A DNA stretch of 64,000 bases from Felis catus (lineage: Eukaryota): NCBI RefSeq assembly GCF_018350175.1, contig NC_058368.1, forward strand, positions 12,834,001-12,898,000, in the 5' to 3' direction. Positions within the stretch are counted from its first letter, which is position 1. Each line of letters starts with the position of its first letter. The translations under genes were made by a program, and so were the position numbers. This document shows, piece after piece, positions 12,546-24,720 of the stretch. The notes beneath the pieces are model-generated. The model ran no database searches and had not been told where the DNA came from. It was given only the letters and a program-made list of their open reading frames with translations.

Positions 12546-13740
12546 TAATCTGTCTCCTATTTTGCCTGGAAAAGAAAAGGGTTAAATATATACATTTTTC
12601 TACCTTGCCTGGCAATTAGAAACTCCTGGAGTGTGAACCTAAAGTCTCTATTGCAAGTTATCACTAGTGGTGGTAGTGGGAAGGAAAATTATCAAAAGGC
12701 AAATGCTGTGATCCTAAAATTAGCCCTTAATATTTCTTGAGGATTCAAGACAATTTCCCCAGAATTTGTAAATAAAACCCTCCATTCTTTAATGGAATGG
12801 CTTAAAAACAAAAACAAAAACTCATCTCCTCCTTGAAAGATGAAAGTGCTGATCTCCCTCTTACATTTCAGACCTGAAATTGGTAAGAAGTCTGCAGCCA
12901 CCACTCTTGTCCAAGTTTGTGGTTCCAATCAAATTTCCAAGAAAAGGACACTGATACTGCTGCCATCTTGATGGTACCTTTAATCACACCTGATCTTATC
13001 ACACATTTTTGGCCAGTATTCTTTCAAAGTATTTATCATGACTGGAAGCCAAAGAGCCCATGGATTCTGGAGTTTTGTTTTTATTTTTCAAGCCTACCAG
13101 TAGGAGATGGTTTGCCGACATTCTGTTCGGTCATGGTGAACACCTACAGAGCAATGCATTCACGGTGAGACAAGTTGTCCCTAGAATACAACAGTGGTAA
13201 AAGTGTTGTTTATTAAGATCTTGGAGAAAGGCCTGGGAAGGGATGGTGAGGCAACAGAAAAAAATTTACCCACTTTGACACACTAAGTGTCAATTTTAAT
13301 GGAAATACTCATATTGCAAATTTCATTTTTCTCAGAGAGTCCTTATTAATTAATATCTTTCTGGAAATTTGATTCTTCATAGTGTCTGACTGCAGGCACC
13401 ACTGTGTTCCAGATGCCTATTAAAGAAGTAGAGAAACTAAAGTCCAAGAAATCACTTTAAACACTAGCCTCTACCTATACCTAAACGAAGATATTTAGAA
13501 TCTTCCAGGTTATGTAACAAATTAGCTATCACCAGCTACCAGATTAAGAATGACAGCCAGCACATTTAGTCAACTAGATGACAAAAGGGAGGAGTGACAC
13601 AAAGCTTCTTGCCATTGCTTTAAAATGACACTCCCTAACTGAGCCCTTCTGCATCTTTAAACCAAAGAATGGTTTAGTAAAGATTCAAGTTCATTAGAAT
13701 TTGTTACTTCTTGGATTCCTTATGTGTGACACTGTTTCTT

Positions 13741-14010
13741 TATTATTTTTTTTAATGTTCATTTTTTTGAGAATGATGCAGCACTCTACTGCACTTCTGC
13801 TTAGCTGAGATAATCCTTTGAGAGAGAGAGAGAGAGGGAGCACAAATGGGGGATTGGCAGATAGAGAGCTCAAACTCACAGAATCTGAAGCAGGCTCTAG
13901 GCTCTGAGCTGTCAGCACAGAGCCCGACCTGGGGCTCAAACCTACAAACCGTGAGATCATAACCTGAGCCGAAGTCAGATGGTTAACTGAGTGAGCCACC
14001 CAGGTGCCCC
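13741..14010 (-). mobile_element. SINEC_Fc SINE carrying a foreign insertion
   Basis: SINE body on minus interrupted at ~13772-13818; flanks tgtttcttta/tgtttcctta. Confidence 0.93.
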
Positions 14011-14135
14011 TGTTTCCTTAAATAATTCTATAAATCTAGCTTATTATTTTTGATCCAGCGTAAGAGTAAACTTAGAATGGATGCCTTATTTAAAAGATGC
14101 CTCTTTGAGGTAAGGCATTAGAAATTCTGAGGTGA

Positions 14136-14355
14136 GGGGCGCCTGGGTGGCGCAGTCGGTTAAGCGTCCAACTTCAGCCAGATCACGATCTCGCGGTCCA
14201 GGAGTTCGAGCCCTGCGTCGGGCTCTGGGCTGATGGCTCGGAGCCTGGAGCCTGTTTCCGATTCTGTGTCTCCCTCTCTCTCTGCCCCTCCCCCGTTCAT
14301 GCTCTGTCTCTCTCTGTCCCAAAAATAAATAAACTTTGAAAAAAAAATTAAAAAC
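14136..14355 (+). mobile_element. Young SINEC_Fc SINE
   Basis: Perfect TSD aaattctgaggtga. Confidence 0.97.
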
Positions 14356-14453
14356 AAATTCTGAGGTGAGAGAGAACTTTCCTTTCAGTAACAGTAGTTC
14401 CTAGGAAAAACTCACTGGTTGCCTCTGAGTACCTGTTTGAAATAGCAGAAGAC

Positions 14454-14490
14454 TTACTATTACTATTACTATTACTATTACTATTACTAT
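14454..14490. repeat. (TTACTA)n hexanucleotide repeat
   Basis: About six tandem copies. Confidence 0.9.
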
Positions 14491-14559
14491 TATAGATAAT
14501 GCTACTTACATTTTTCTCTTCTACCAGAAGTACCAGAAGCCTTGTACTTCCCTCTTTCT

Positions 14560-14784
14560 TTTTTTTTAAAGAGTTTTTTAATGTTCATTTATTTTCGAGA
14601 GGGAGAGAGACAGACAGAATGCAAGTGGGGGAGGGGCAGAGAGAGAGGGAGACACAGAATCCCAAGCAGGCTCCAGGCTCTAAGCTGTCACATAGAGCCT
14701 GACACTGAGCTTGAACTCATGAACTTCAAGATCATGACCCGAGCCGAAGTCGTTCACTTAACCAGCTGAGCCACCCAGGCACCG
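14560..14784 (-). mobile_element. SINEC SINE (first of a tandem pair)
   Basis: Full SINE body on minus. Confidence 0.93.
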
Positions 14785-14791
14785 CACTTTC

Positions 14792-14995
14792 TTTTTTTTT
14801 AAAGTTTATTTATTTAGTTTGATAGAAAGAGAGCACAAGTGAGGGAGGTGCAGAGACAGAGGGAGAGAGAGTGAATCCCAAGCAGACTCCACACTGTCAG
14901 TACAGATCCCGATGTGGGGCTCAAACTCACAAACCATGAGATCATGATCTGAGCCGAAGTTGGCCACTTAACTGACTGAGCCACTCAGGAGCTTC
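14792..14995 (-). mobile_element. SINEC SINE (second of a tandem pair)
   Basis: Full SINE body on minus; flanking actttcttttt repeats. Confidence 0.93.
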
Positions 14996-16014
14996 TATAC
15001 TTTCTTTTTAACAGATACCAGATGTTTTTAAAACTTAGCCATATTGCTTAAGCAATAAGATAGTCAAACCAAAGAAGGAAGTTCTGGTCAAGGAAGAAGA
15101 TTATACTCTTCCAGAGTTTACACAACATATGTGTAACTTTGAACACAATGGCAGTCACAATGTAGTTTCCTCCTCAGTTACTTTGGACGTTGAGGCTCTG
15201 GCTCATTACTTCTAATCTGGATAACCATAAGAAATGCATAACAAAAAGGGTTCCTATGTGTGTGATCCCAGTAAATTGAACTACAGGTAGAATAGTGTTT
15301 GCAGGGGCAGGCAACAGATGTTTGCTTCAGGCAAAGATTATTCTTCCTGAAGAAGAGTAATTCACAGGGTATATGTGTGTATCTCAGTGCTGTAGGGATG
15401 GAGAAATTTTATGGGCCATTATACCTTAGAAAAAAGAATGATGTTTTATTTTTTTATTTTTTTGGTCATCATTACAAGGCTATGATGAATACATAAAGTG
15501 CTAGGAGAAAACCAGAAAACTTTCTGAAAGTGGTTTATCTGTTGAATTTGGCTACTAGTTCTTTTCAGTAATTTTCGACAAGTGAGCCTGCCACTGAAAT
15601 CTTTACCTTCTTGTCATCTTCAAGATCCTTTACCAACCAGCTCTAGCCTAATCTGCTGCTCTATTATCTGTTCTTCTTTCCTGTTGTCCTTTGCAACTAA
15701 CTCCCCTGAATGTAAAGGATTCTCTGTCCCCTTCTCCAAATATATGTTTCCTAACTGCAAGTCCTACCTGTATAGCAGTGGAATACACCATGGAAGAACC
15801 TCATACTCAGAACCGCGTCATGCCCTCCCAAGCTCCCTGAATGACCTCTTGCGAGTAATTAGAGAGGAAAGGTTTCCAAGGCTAGCCCCCAACGTCTTCC
15901 TCACATGCTGCCTCGTAAATAAACTACACCCAATGCATCGCTTCTGCACTGTGTAAACATACATTTGCGTGTTTGAAAAAGCTTGGTGAATCATCCCATC
16001 TTGGTGAAATGTAA

Positions 16015-16238
16015 TTTTTTTTTTTAATTTTTTTTTCAACATTTATTTATTTTTGGGACAGAGAGAGACACAGCATGAACGGGGGAGGGGCAGAGAGAGA
16101 GGGAGACACAGAATCGGAAACAGGCTCCAGGCTCTGAGCCATCAGCCCAGAGCCCGACGCGGGGCTCGAACTCACGGACCGCGAGATCGTGACCTGGCTG
16201 AAGTCGGACGCTTAACCGACTGCGCCACCCAGGCGCCC
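16015..16238 (-). mobile_element. Very young SINEC_Fc SINE
   Basis: Essentially consensus, CpGs retained. Confidence 0.97.
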
Positions 16239-16270
16239 GCAAAAATTTTTTTTTTTAATGTGGGTATTTT

Positions 16271-16490
16271 GGGACGCCTAGGTGGCTCAGTCAGTTTAGC
16301 TTCCAACTTTGGCTCAGGTCATGAACTCATGGTTCATGGGTTCGAGCCCCACATCAGGCTCTGTGCTGACAGCTTGGAGCCTGGAGCCTGCTTCAGATCC
16401 TGTCTCCCTCTCTTTCTGCCCCTCCCCTGCTCGTGTTCATCTGTCTGTCTGTTTCTCACTCTCTCAAAAATAAACATTAAAATAAATTAA
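16271..16490 (+). mobile_element. SINEC_Fc SINE
   Basis: TSD aatgtgggtattt/aatgtggatattt. Confidence 0.95.
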
Positions 16491-16639
16491 AATGTGGATA
16501 TTTCTAATCCTTGTACTTCTCCCCACCCTCTTGTTACTTCTCTCTGTGTTTTTATTTTCTGTGGGAAGACCAGCCAGTCCAGAAAACTAGTCACTCAGGT
16601 TTTTTACCTTCTTTATCTTGCTCTGTATTTTGGGAGGTT

Positions 16640-16975
16640 TCTGCAAGGTCATCTCATAGCACTTCTATTGATTTTTTTTTTTTCATTTTGGGAATCCTAT
16701 TTTTTTTAATTACCAAGAAATATCTTTTTCTGTGATTGTTCCTTTTCATAGCATCCTATACTGTCATTTGTTTTATGGTTTCAATATCTTCTCATATTTC
16801 TCTGAGGATATAAAAAAAGAAATTTTAAACTCCCTTATATCTCTTGAATTATATGTTTTCACTGGAGTTGGATGTTCTACTTACTCATCTTGGTTCTTTC
16901 CATTTGTGCAAATAAAGTCTCTCAAATATCTGCTGATTCTTTTTTTGTCTGATGTTATTTGTGAATGAAGGGCAG
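16640..16975 (-). mobile_element. Old L1M/HAL1-like fragment
   Basis: T-rich degenerate antisense L1 ORF1-like sequence (aatatcttctcatatttctctgaggatat; ctcaaatatctgctgattctt). Confidence 0.45.
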
Positions 16976-17280
16976 CCTGGTTTATATAGCAGTGGCTTAA
17001 AATATTTAGTGTTGGGAAAAGTAGTAAGGCAGACTTCTCATACACTGGTATGGACTTACTGAGGGAAGTTGAACAATATCTATCAGCAATCTTAAAGTTG
17101 CTTATACCCATTAACATATTCAAACTTCTAGGAATCCCCCTTTCAGAAATGGCCAGATTCTGCAAAATATATTCACAGAAATGTAAATGAATAGAAGACT
17201 GATTGAATACATCTGTGGAATATTACGCAGTTTTAAAGTTGATGCATAGGATAAATTCTTAATAATATAAGAATGTTAAA

Positions 17281-17482
17281 GGCACCTGGGTGGCTTAGTT
17301 GATTAAGAGTCCGACTCTTGATTTTGGCTCAGGTCATGATCTCATGGTTCGTGAGTTTGAGCCCCATGTCGGGCTCTGTGCTGACAGCTCAGAGCCTGGA
17401 GCCTGCTTCAGATTCTGTGTCTCCCTCTCTGTTCCTCCCCTGCTTGTTCTCTGTCTCTCAAAAATAAATAAACGTTAAAAAA
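17281..17482 (+). mobile_element. SINEC_Fc SINE within a decayed L1ME-like fragment
   Basis: SINE head, CT tract and tail. Confidence 0.94.
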
Positions 17483-18471
17483 TAATGTAGGGGTGTTGTA
17501 CATACATGTATATGTGCCTATATACATGTACATTATTTATTTTCCTGTTTATCTTTGCAAAATTGTCCACATGAACATATAATACAATTTAAACTTTAAA
17601 CATCACTTAAAACTAAGTAAAATCAGATGGACAAGGGAAGGTGGAACAAGTCAACTAGCCACCCACTGCTCTCCTCTCTGAGTTATCTGAACTCCTTGCT
17701 CCTGACAGCTCGGTCAGCTGCCCTGGTCTTGTGGGAGGACTGACTCACTAAGGTAGATGTGGCTTCATGCTCAAATCCCTGTCTAGTGACTCACAGCTTT
17801 GTCATTGCATATGTATGTGTCATGTGTATGCCGATATCTGTGTCTCGGTGAGTCTATGGTGTAGCTGCAGTGTGTCTGTGTATGTGTCTGTGCATGCATG
17901 TGACTCCTCTGTCTCCTCCTCCTGTTTGGCTTAACTTTTGCCCCCAAATGTGTCTAACTGGCTTTGTCCCCTGGGGCCCCTAAATCTTATGGCGTCTTCC
18001 TTGGGGACATGGTTCACCTGCTCCTTTCTCCAGGGCCTTCCCTCTGCCACCTTTCTGCTACCACTGTGCCTGGAAGCAGGCTGGCAACTGGCAAAACCTA
18101 GACTAGGGGGAAAGGTGATAAAGTCGGAAGGGAAAGAGGATCTTTTAAGTCAGGCCCCACTTACTACAGACAGTGAAAATTCAGTAAAGGTTTTTCACAC
18201 TATGTGAACATGATTAATGTGGTAGTTTTAGGAAAGTTGACGGATGGATGACATTGTATAAAATAGCTAAGTAGGAAGAAATTGAAGGGTGGAAGAAAAA
18301 TTAAGGCACTGTTCTGGCACTCCAGGTATGAATTGGTGAGTGCCTGAACAAGATTGAAAGAAACATCAATTAGAGAGGAAGGCAGAGACAGAAGAGAGAT
18401 TGAGAAAAGCGTTAAGAACTTGGTAATATGTGAGTCAGAGATGATCCCAAGTTTTTAAAAACCTTCTTCTG

Positions 18472-18993
18472 ACACACTCCTTTTATTGCAGCATTATTCA
18501 CAATAGCTAAGAGATAGAAGCAACCTGAATATCCATTAATGGAGGGATGGATAAACCAAATGTGGTATATACATACAATGGAATATTACTCAGCCTTAAA
18601 AAGGAGGGAGATTCTGACCCAGGCTACAAAGCGGATGGACCTTGAGTACATTACTAAGTGAAATGAGCCAGTCACAAAAGGACGAATACCCCATGATTCC
18701 ACTTACATGAATTACCTAGAGTAGTCAAATGCTTAGGGAAAAAAGTAGAATTGTGGTTGCCAGGAGCTGGGAGAGGGGGGAAAAGGGGAGTTGTCCACTG
18801 GGTATAGCATCTCAGTTTTACGAGATGAAAAAGTTCTTGAGATCTTTTGTACAATAAGGTTCATACAGTAAACACTACTGTACTGTATCCTTGAAAATGT
18901 TTAGGATAAGATCAAATATATCTTTCACCTTTTACTAAAAAAAAGGGTTAAGATGGTAAATTTTATGTTATGTGTTTTTTCACACAATAAAAA
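18472..18993 (+). mobile_element. L1MB-like 3' end
   Basis: gcagcattattcacaatagc...atggaatattactcagccttaaaaagg...ggttaagatggtaaattttatgttatgtg. Confidence 0.88.
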
Positions 18994-20116
18994 TAACTGT
19001 AGTCTGAAATAGTTCAGACTTACAAAAAAATAAATTAAAATTACATTGCAAACATTGGGTACTCTTCATCCAGAAATGTAAATGTTACCAATACAATTGT
19101 AGCCTTTGAATAATTCCCCAAAGTTTTAAAACTTTTCTTTATTCAACAATTACTTTTTGAATGCCTGTTATTTGCAGATCTTCCTACTAGGCTTTGGAGA
19201 TGCATCAGTACACTTCTCTTCCTTTAAGGAAACTCGAGTGGCGTGGAGAAGGATCACCTTCCTTACAGATGTAGAGAAAATTGTTTTGGAAGGTGATGAT
19301 GCGTTCTGCAATTCAGTGTTATACTTGGGGTAACCATTGAATTGTCCCTATTTAGCTACCCTCCAGGAAATCTAGAAAATTGCAGGAAATTAATAAAATG
19401 TTGAATAATATTTTAATAATAATAATATTGAAAATATTGAACTTCTATCAACTATTCCACATAAAAAGTTCATTGAGTAATGACTATTGTGTGGGTCGCT
19501 TTGCTAGGCAAGAATATTTCAGAGGTTTCCCTATGTGCCATGCACTGTGGTAGATGTTCTCTAGTGGGTGAGATGGGCAAGAGGCGATGCAGTTTCATAG
19601 TTTGGCAAGGGTTCTAATGAGCACAGTGCTAGTGCTGACCTAACACCCAACCATGAGCCAAAATTTACCCTATCATGCAGACAGATTTTTTGAAGAAGGT
19701 GACATTTAACCTGAGATATGATAAAAAGATAAAAAATAGTAAGATTCAAAAAAAAAACAAAAAAAAATAGTAAGATTCAGTTTTTGTCCTTGAGGCTATT
19801 CTGGTACACCAAGGAAAAGGATGCAAGCCAAACCCAACAGTAGATGCAATAATGCTTTTAGGTATAAAGTACAAATGAGAAGAGTATGGAAAAGCAATGA
19901 GACCTGATCGGGTGGAAAGCCTTGTAGTAAATCAAGATAATGAATCTTTCCCAAGATCATAAGATCAAGGTCATTTTAGGTAGAAAAAGCAACAAGAACA
20001 AAGGTACCCAGGTTAAAATCTATGATATCAGACACTCATGCCTTTCACTTTAACCCAAGGTGTGCTCACTTTTACTCATTGTATCCTATAATTTCTCATT
20101 AGAAAAAAAAAGTTCT

Positions 20117-20343
20117 GGGGTGCCTGGGTGGCTCAGTCGGTTAAGCGTCTGACTTCGGCTCAGGTCGTGATCTCACGGTCCGTGAGTTCGAGCCCCACGT
20201 CAGGCTCTGTGCTGACAGCTCAGAGCCTGGAGCCTGTTTCACATTATGTGTCTCCCTCTCTCTGATCCTCCCTCGTTCATGCTCTGTCTCTCTCTGTCTC
20301 AAAAATAAATAAACGTTAAAAAAAATTTAAAAAAATTAAAAAA
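20117..20343 (+). mobile_element. SINEC_Fc SINE
   Basis: TSD ag(a)ngttct. Confidence 0.97.
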
Positions 20344-21436
20344 AGAAAAAAAAGTTCTGATATGCCTTCAAACACAGAATAATTATCAAATATATATGTA
20401 ACCATTATAGTAATGCAAATATAAAATAACAGATGTAAAATTACCTTCAAGTGACACGGTGCTCAAGTAGTTCTGGTTTGGTCATTGCTGTAAAAATGAT
20501 AGTGACACAATTATTCAAATGGTCTTTGGCATGGAATTTTGTTAGACATTTCCTGAAATCCTAAGTAACTTCTTCTAGATCTTTTTGTCTGCCCTTAAGA
20601 TTAGATCATTCTGTCTGCCCTTTAAGACGTGGGTTCTTTATTTTAACATCGGTTGTCTCTGCCCCATATGCAGTGCTTGCCTAAGTATCCAGAGATCTGA
20701 CATTGAACTTGTTTGTGTGTTCTGGAAGAAGCACTAGTACCCATACTGGTTGTATGAGTGAAAGTCATGAGTGAAAGTATGAGGAGGTCAATTTCGACCC
20801 AACATATGGAAGAACTTCCTAACTTGCCTGCAACAGACTGAGAAAAATGTGTTTAAATAAATTTTGTTTACATAGTTTTACATAAAACTAAATTCATTTG
20901 ATACATAAGATACTCCTTTATTCTATGATGATATCTTTTCAATTTCTCTGGTACTAGAATCTTCTCCCTTTTATGAATTACACTGTGACCGAATTATAGT
21001 CGTTTTCAGTGTCCTTGGCAACATAAAACACATTATGTGAAGTTTCATAGGCCCAAACTTTCATAAAGCCTAAGAATTCTAGTTTTTCTAACTGTCAAAC
21101 TCTGCTCCAACTGTCAAATTATGTCACATTTTCCAAGTTATCTTGTTAAAAGATAAGAAGAAAAAGTTCATTTGAATAATATCAGAAGTTTTGCATACGT
21201 TTATTTTAACTTTCTGCCTTATTTGGATATTCTGTCTTTCCTAAGAGGACGCTGAGGGAATGCGCTAACATGTTAGGATAAATCAGGAGACCTAGAATCA
21301 AATCCCCAGCTGTGCAACTAACTAGAGGTATTTGTTTATTCTACTTCTTAGTTTTATGGTCTGAAAAACAAAGTAGTAAGATTCATTTCAGTAATAAAAT
21401 TCAATTTAAAAAATGTGTCTATAAATAAGGAGTATA

Positions 21437-21526
21437 TATGTGTGTGTGTGTATTTGTACATATATAAATATATATATATACATATATATATACGCAAACA
21501 TATACCTACACATACACACATACACA
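21437..21526. repeat. Imperfect (TG)/(TA)/(CA) microsatellite
   Basis: Alternating purine-pyrimidine runs. Confidence 0.85.
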
Positions 21527-22180
21527 ACATTGGATTTTGTGGGAAATGTATCATTTTTGCTAATAATAGAGCATCTTTCTATCTTTGCTTGAAACTGAAA
21601 AGTTTATGGAGGATTAACATTTCAGAGAGTAAGTTTATTTGGAAAATATCCCCCAATACTTGGAAATTTAAAGAACATATAAGAATATTGCCAATATTGA
21701 AAAGGTGAAAAGAAATTGGACTATAAGCTATGATTGGAAATTTTTTATGAGCACAAATTTGTTGATGGGCTAATAAGCATTTACATTTGCTGATCTTATA
21801 GTTAGCGGCCTAATTAGTCAATTTGTACATGCAAATGAAATCGTTTGCGTGTAAATGCACGCAGGTGCAAATCTGCATGAGTGGTACTAGGGCGTCTTTT
21901 GAAACTTCGTCATGATCCTTCATTTTTCCATGCTTGAAAAATCAGGTTTTCAAAAATAGCTCCAGAAACAAAAAGTAAAATCTATATGGGCAAGATCATG
22001 TTAAAATCATGCCTGTTTCCAGGTCTTCTAAAGGTGTTGTCTTGCAACGAGGTTCCCAACTAATTAATAATTAGTTTGGAAGCTATTAACATTTATTTTT
22101 CAACTTGAAGTCTCAAAAATTGGGGGTAGGAGAGGGCCTAAGAGACCCAAAATCAAAAACCTAAGAAAATGATGAAATGT

Positions 22181-22386
22181 GGGGGACGCCTGGGTTGCTC
22201 AGTTTGTTAAGTGTCCCCTTTCAGCTCAGGTCATGATACCATGGTTCTTGACTTCAGGCCCCCCACATCGACTCTCTGCTCTCAGCACAGAGCCCACTTC
22301 AGATGCTCTGTCTCCCTCTCTCTCTGCCCCTCCCCCACTCACATGCACTCTCTTTTCCTCAAAAATAAATAAAAACATTAAATAAA
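22181..22386 (+). mobile_element. SINEC SINE
   Basis: Degenerate TSD aagaaaatgatgaaatg/aagaaaatcattgaatg. Confidence 0.93.
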
Positions 22387-22535
22387 AGAAAATCATTGAA
22401 TGCAGTGAGAAATCCAATTTGCATTTTCTAGATTTCTCAGAACTTTGCTGTTGTTGTAGTATGCTAACTTGTTAAGCTAGCTATTACAAATCACTCAGTG
22501 GTCGCTGTTAGGAAAACTTAAGAGAGAATGTTAAA

Positions 22536-22802
22536 GGGGGCTCCTGGTGGCTCAGTTGGGTTAAGCGCCTGACTGCGGCCCAGGTCACCATCTCGTGGTT
22601 TGTGAGTTTGGGCCCCATGTCAGGCTCTGTGCTGACAGTTCAGAGCCTGGAGCCTGCTTTGGATTTTGTGTCTCCCTGTCTCTCTCTGCCCCTTCTCTGC
22701 TCATTTTCTGTCGCTCTCAATAATAAAAACATTAAGAAATAAAACAAAATAAAATAAAATAAAATAAAATAAAATAAAATAAAATAAAATAAAATAAAAT
22801 AA
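22536..22802 (+). mobile_element. SINEC_Fc SINE with an expanded (AAAAT)n tail
   Basis: TSD agagaatgt; tail converted to a pentamer repeat. Confidence 0.95.
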
Positions 22803-23060
22803 AGAGAATGTAAAGTATATACCATAGGATTTGGTACTTACAATAATATCCAATGGTTGTATGGGACTTTGAAGCTTACAAAATCACTTTTTTACATAGA
22901 TTATTGTGCTTGATCCTACAACACTCCCATAAATCTAACCCCCATTTTAGAGTTGAGAAAACTGAAACTTAGCAAAATAAAATTAATGCTGTGATTTCAC
23001 AAGTACAAAGTTACATAACAAGATTTCAAACCTACTCTGTTTTAAATATTCAGCTTTTTC

Positions 23061-23282
23061 TTTTTTTTAAATTTTTTTTAACGTTTATTTATTTTTGAGA
23101 CAGAGAGAGACAGAGCGTGAACAGGGGACGGGCAGAGGGGGAGGGAGACACAGAATCGGAAACAGGCTCCAGGCTCTGAGCCATCAGCCCAGAGCCCGAC
23201 GTGGGGCTCGAACTCACGGACCGCGAGATCATGACCTGAGCCGAAGTCGGCCGCTTAACCGACCGAGCCACCCAGGCGCCCC
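23061..23282 (-). mobile_element. Young SINEC_Fc SINE next to a MIR relic
   Basis: TSD aatattcagc(t/c)ttttc. Confidence 0.97.
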
Positions 23283-24509
23283 AATATTCAGCCTTTTCAA
23301 TAACACTACATTGCTTTGCTTCTGTTGTTTGCTCTTGGGTTTGCATACTAATTTCTGTGACCTTCTTCCCCTCACGACATTACAAATTCCTTATCTCAAA
23401 GAGCCTGATTTATACTTTGGCATTTCTGCGTGGTGCTCAGCACAGTTTTGTACATAAAACTACACACCACCTCCCCCCTACAGACACACATATTTGTTGA
23501 TTGTTTATGGCCAGGATGGTAGAGATCTGGTGGCTAGGCAGTGAAGTTTAATTCATAAATTGACGCTCATGAAGTTTGGTGTTGGAGCTCAGCTTTTCCA
23601 GTGACCTCATGCCCCCAGGGAACGCATGGGAAACAAAGGCCTGCCCTAGAACGTGGTGAGGGAGGGCTGGCGGGGGTAGCACCAGATAGGCATTTTGGCA
23701 ATGCAAAATATACTTCAGAAATCATAAGGCAGTTTCATTTCTGTGACAGATATCATCTTGTTAATAAGACTGGCATGTGTTTGAAAATAGAAATTATGGA
23801 AGTTAACCACTGAAAAACTCCAGAGTAATCTCCTACATAACAGATTTTCATCCACAAACGAACATGTGATTCTCCTGTTGGAACAGGGCCTGACCCACTT
23901 CCTTTTCTCTACTCTGAAGGAATTCTTCACTCTTTGTTGATCAGCTGTGATTGTCCCACTACTTTCACCCCAACTCCTGATTTTCTTCTGATGTTCAAGA
24001 TTGCATGACTAGTTTAGGTTGTTTAAGAAACTGTTTGTGGAGGGAATAAATATTCTCAGAGCTTGCTGATAAAGCTATTTTCGTTGTACGGCTTTACCAA
24101 ATGCCTCTGCAGAGTATAGAATGAGGGAGTAGCATAAAAACCTGGCTCCAGATTCCCATCACAAGCATACCACTGGGATGGGAGGTGCCATGATTTCCTT
24201 ACATGTACAATCAGGATTTTATGAGAACATCTGTCTAAATTCTGGGTATTTTCACTTCATCATTCAGAGACCTGAGAGAGTTCCCACTGGAGGCAAGTGA
24301 CAGGGTAAGTTGGGAATAGTGTTCTGTCTTTAGGACCCTTGTGGTTTCTTTCCTTAGCACATTTTAAAGCCCCCAGGGGTGGAGCTTTGCTCCCGGATAT
24401 CCAGTCTATTTGCCATTGAGCTTAGTTAGAGGGATTTATAGTGAGACATTTTATTTATCCACCTGACACTAAAGCAATGTTATGCTAGGAAACTTCCAGT
24501 AAAAAAAAT

Positions 24510-24720
24510 AATGATAATGGCAGCAGGTATTGTGTTCTGATACTTATTATACTCTAGACACTGTGGTAAGTACATATTATTTAATTCTCATAGCAGCCAT
24601 AATACAGGTAGGGAAACATAAGTTTAAAGGTTTAAATAACTTTTCAGGATATATATGGTAGACACAGAATCATGCTCAGACCCGCCTAACTCAAAAGCCA
24701 GTGCTCCAACCACTAGACAG
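24510..24720 (-). mobile_element. MIR fragment
   Basis: agacactgtggtaag...tttaattctcatagcagcc...aaagccagtgctccaaccact. Confidence 0.6.

Noticed and set aside
16036..16490. Recurrent ORFs such as MAQSV...SLSQK and GRGRERGRHR
   Set aside because: Translations of SINEC elements seen throughout the window
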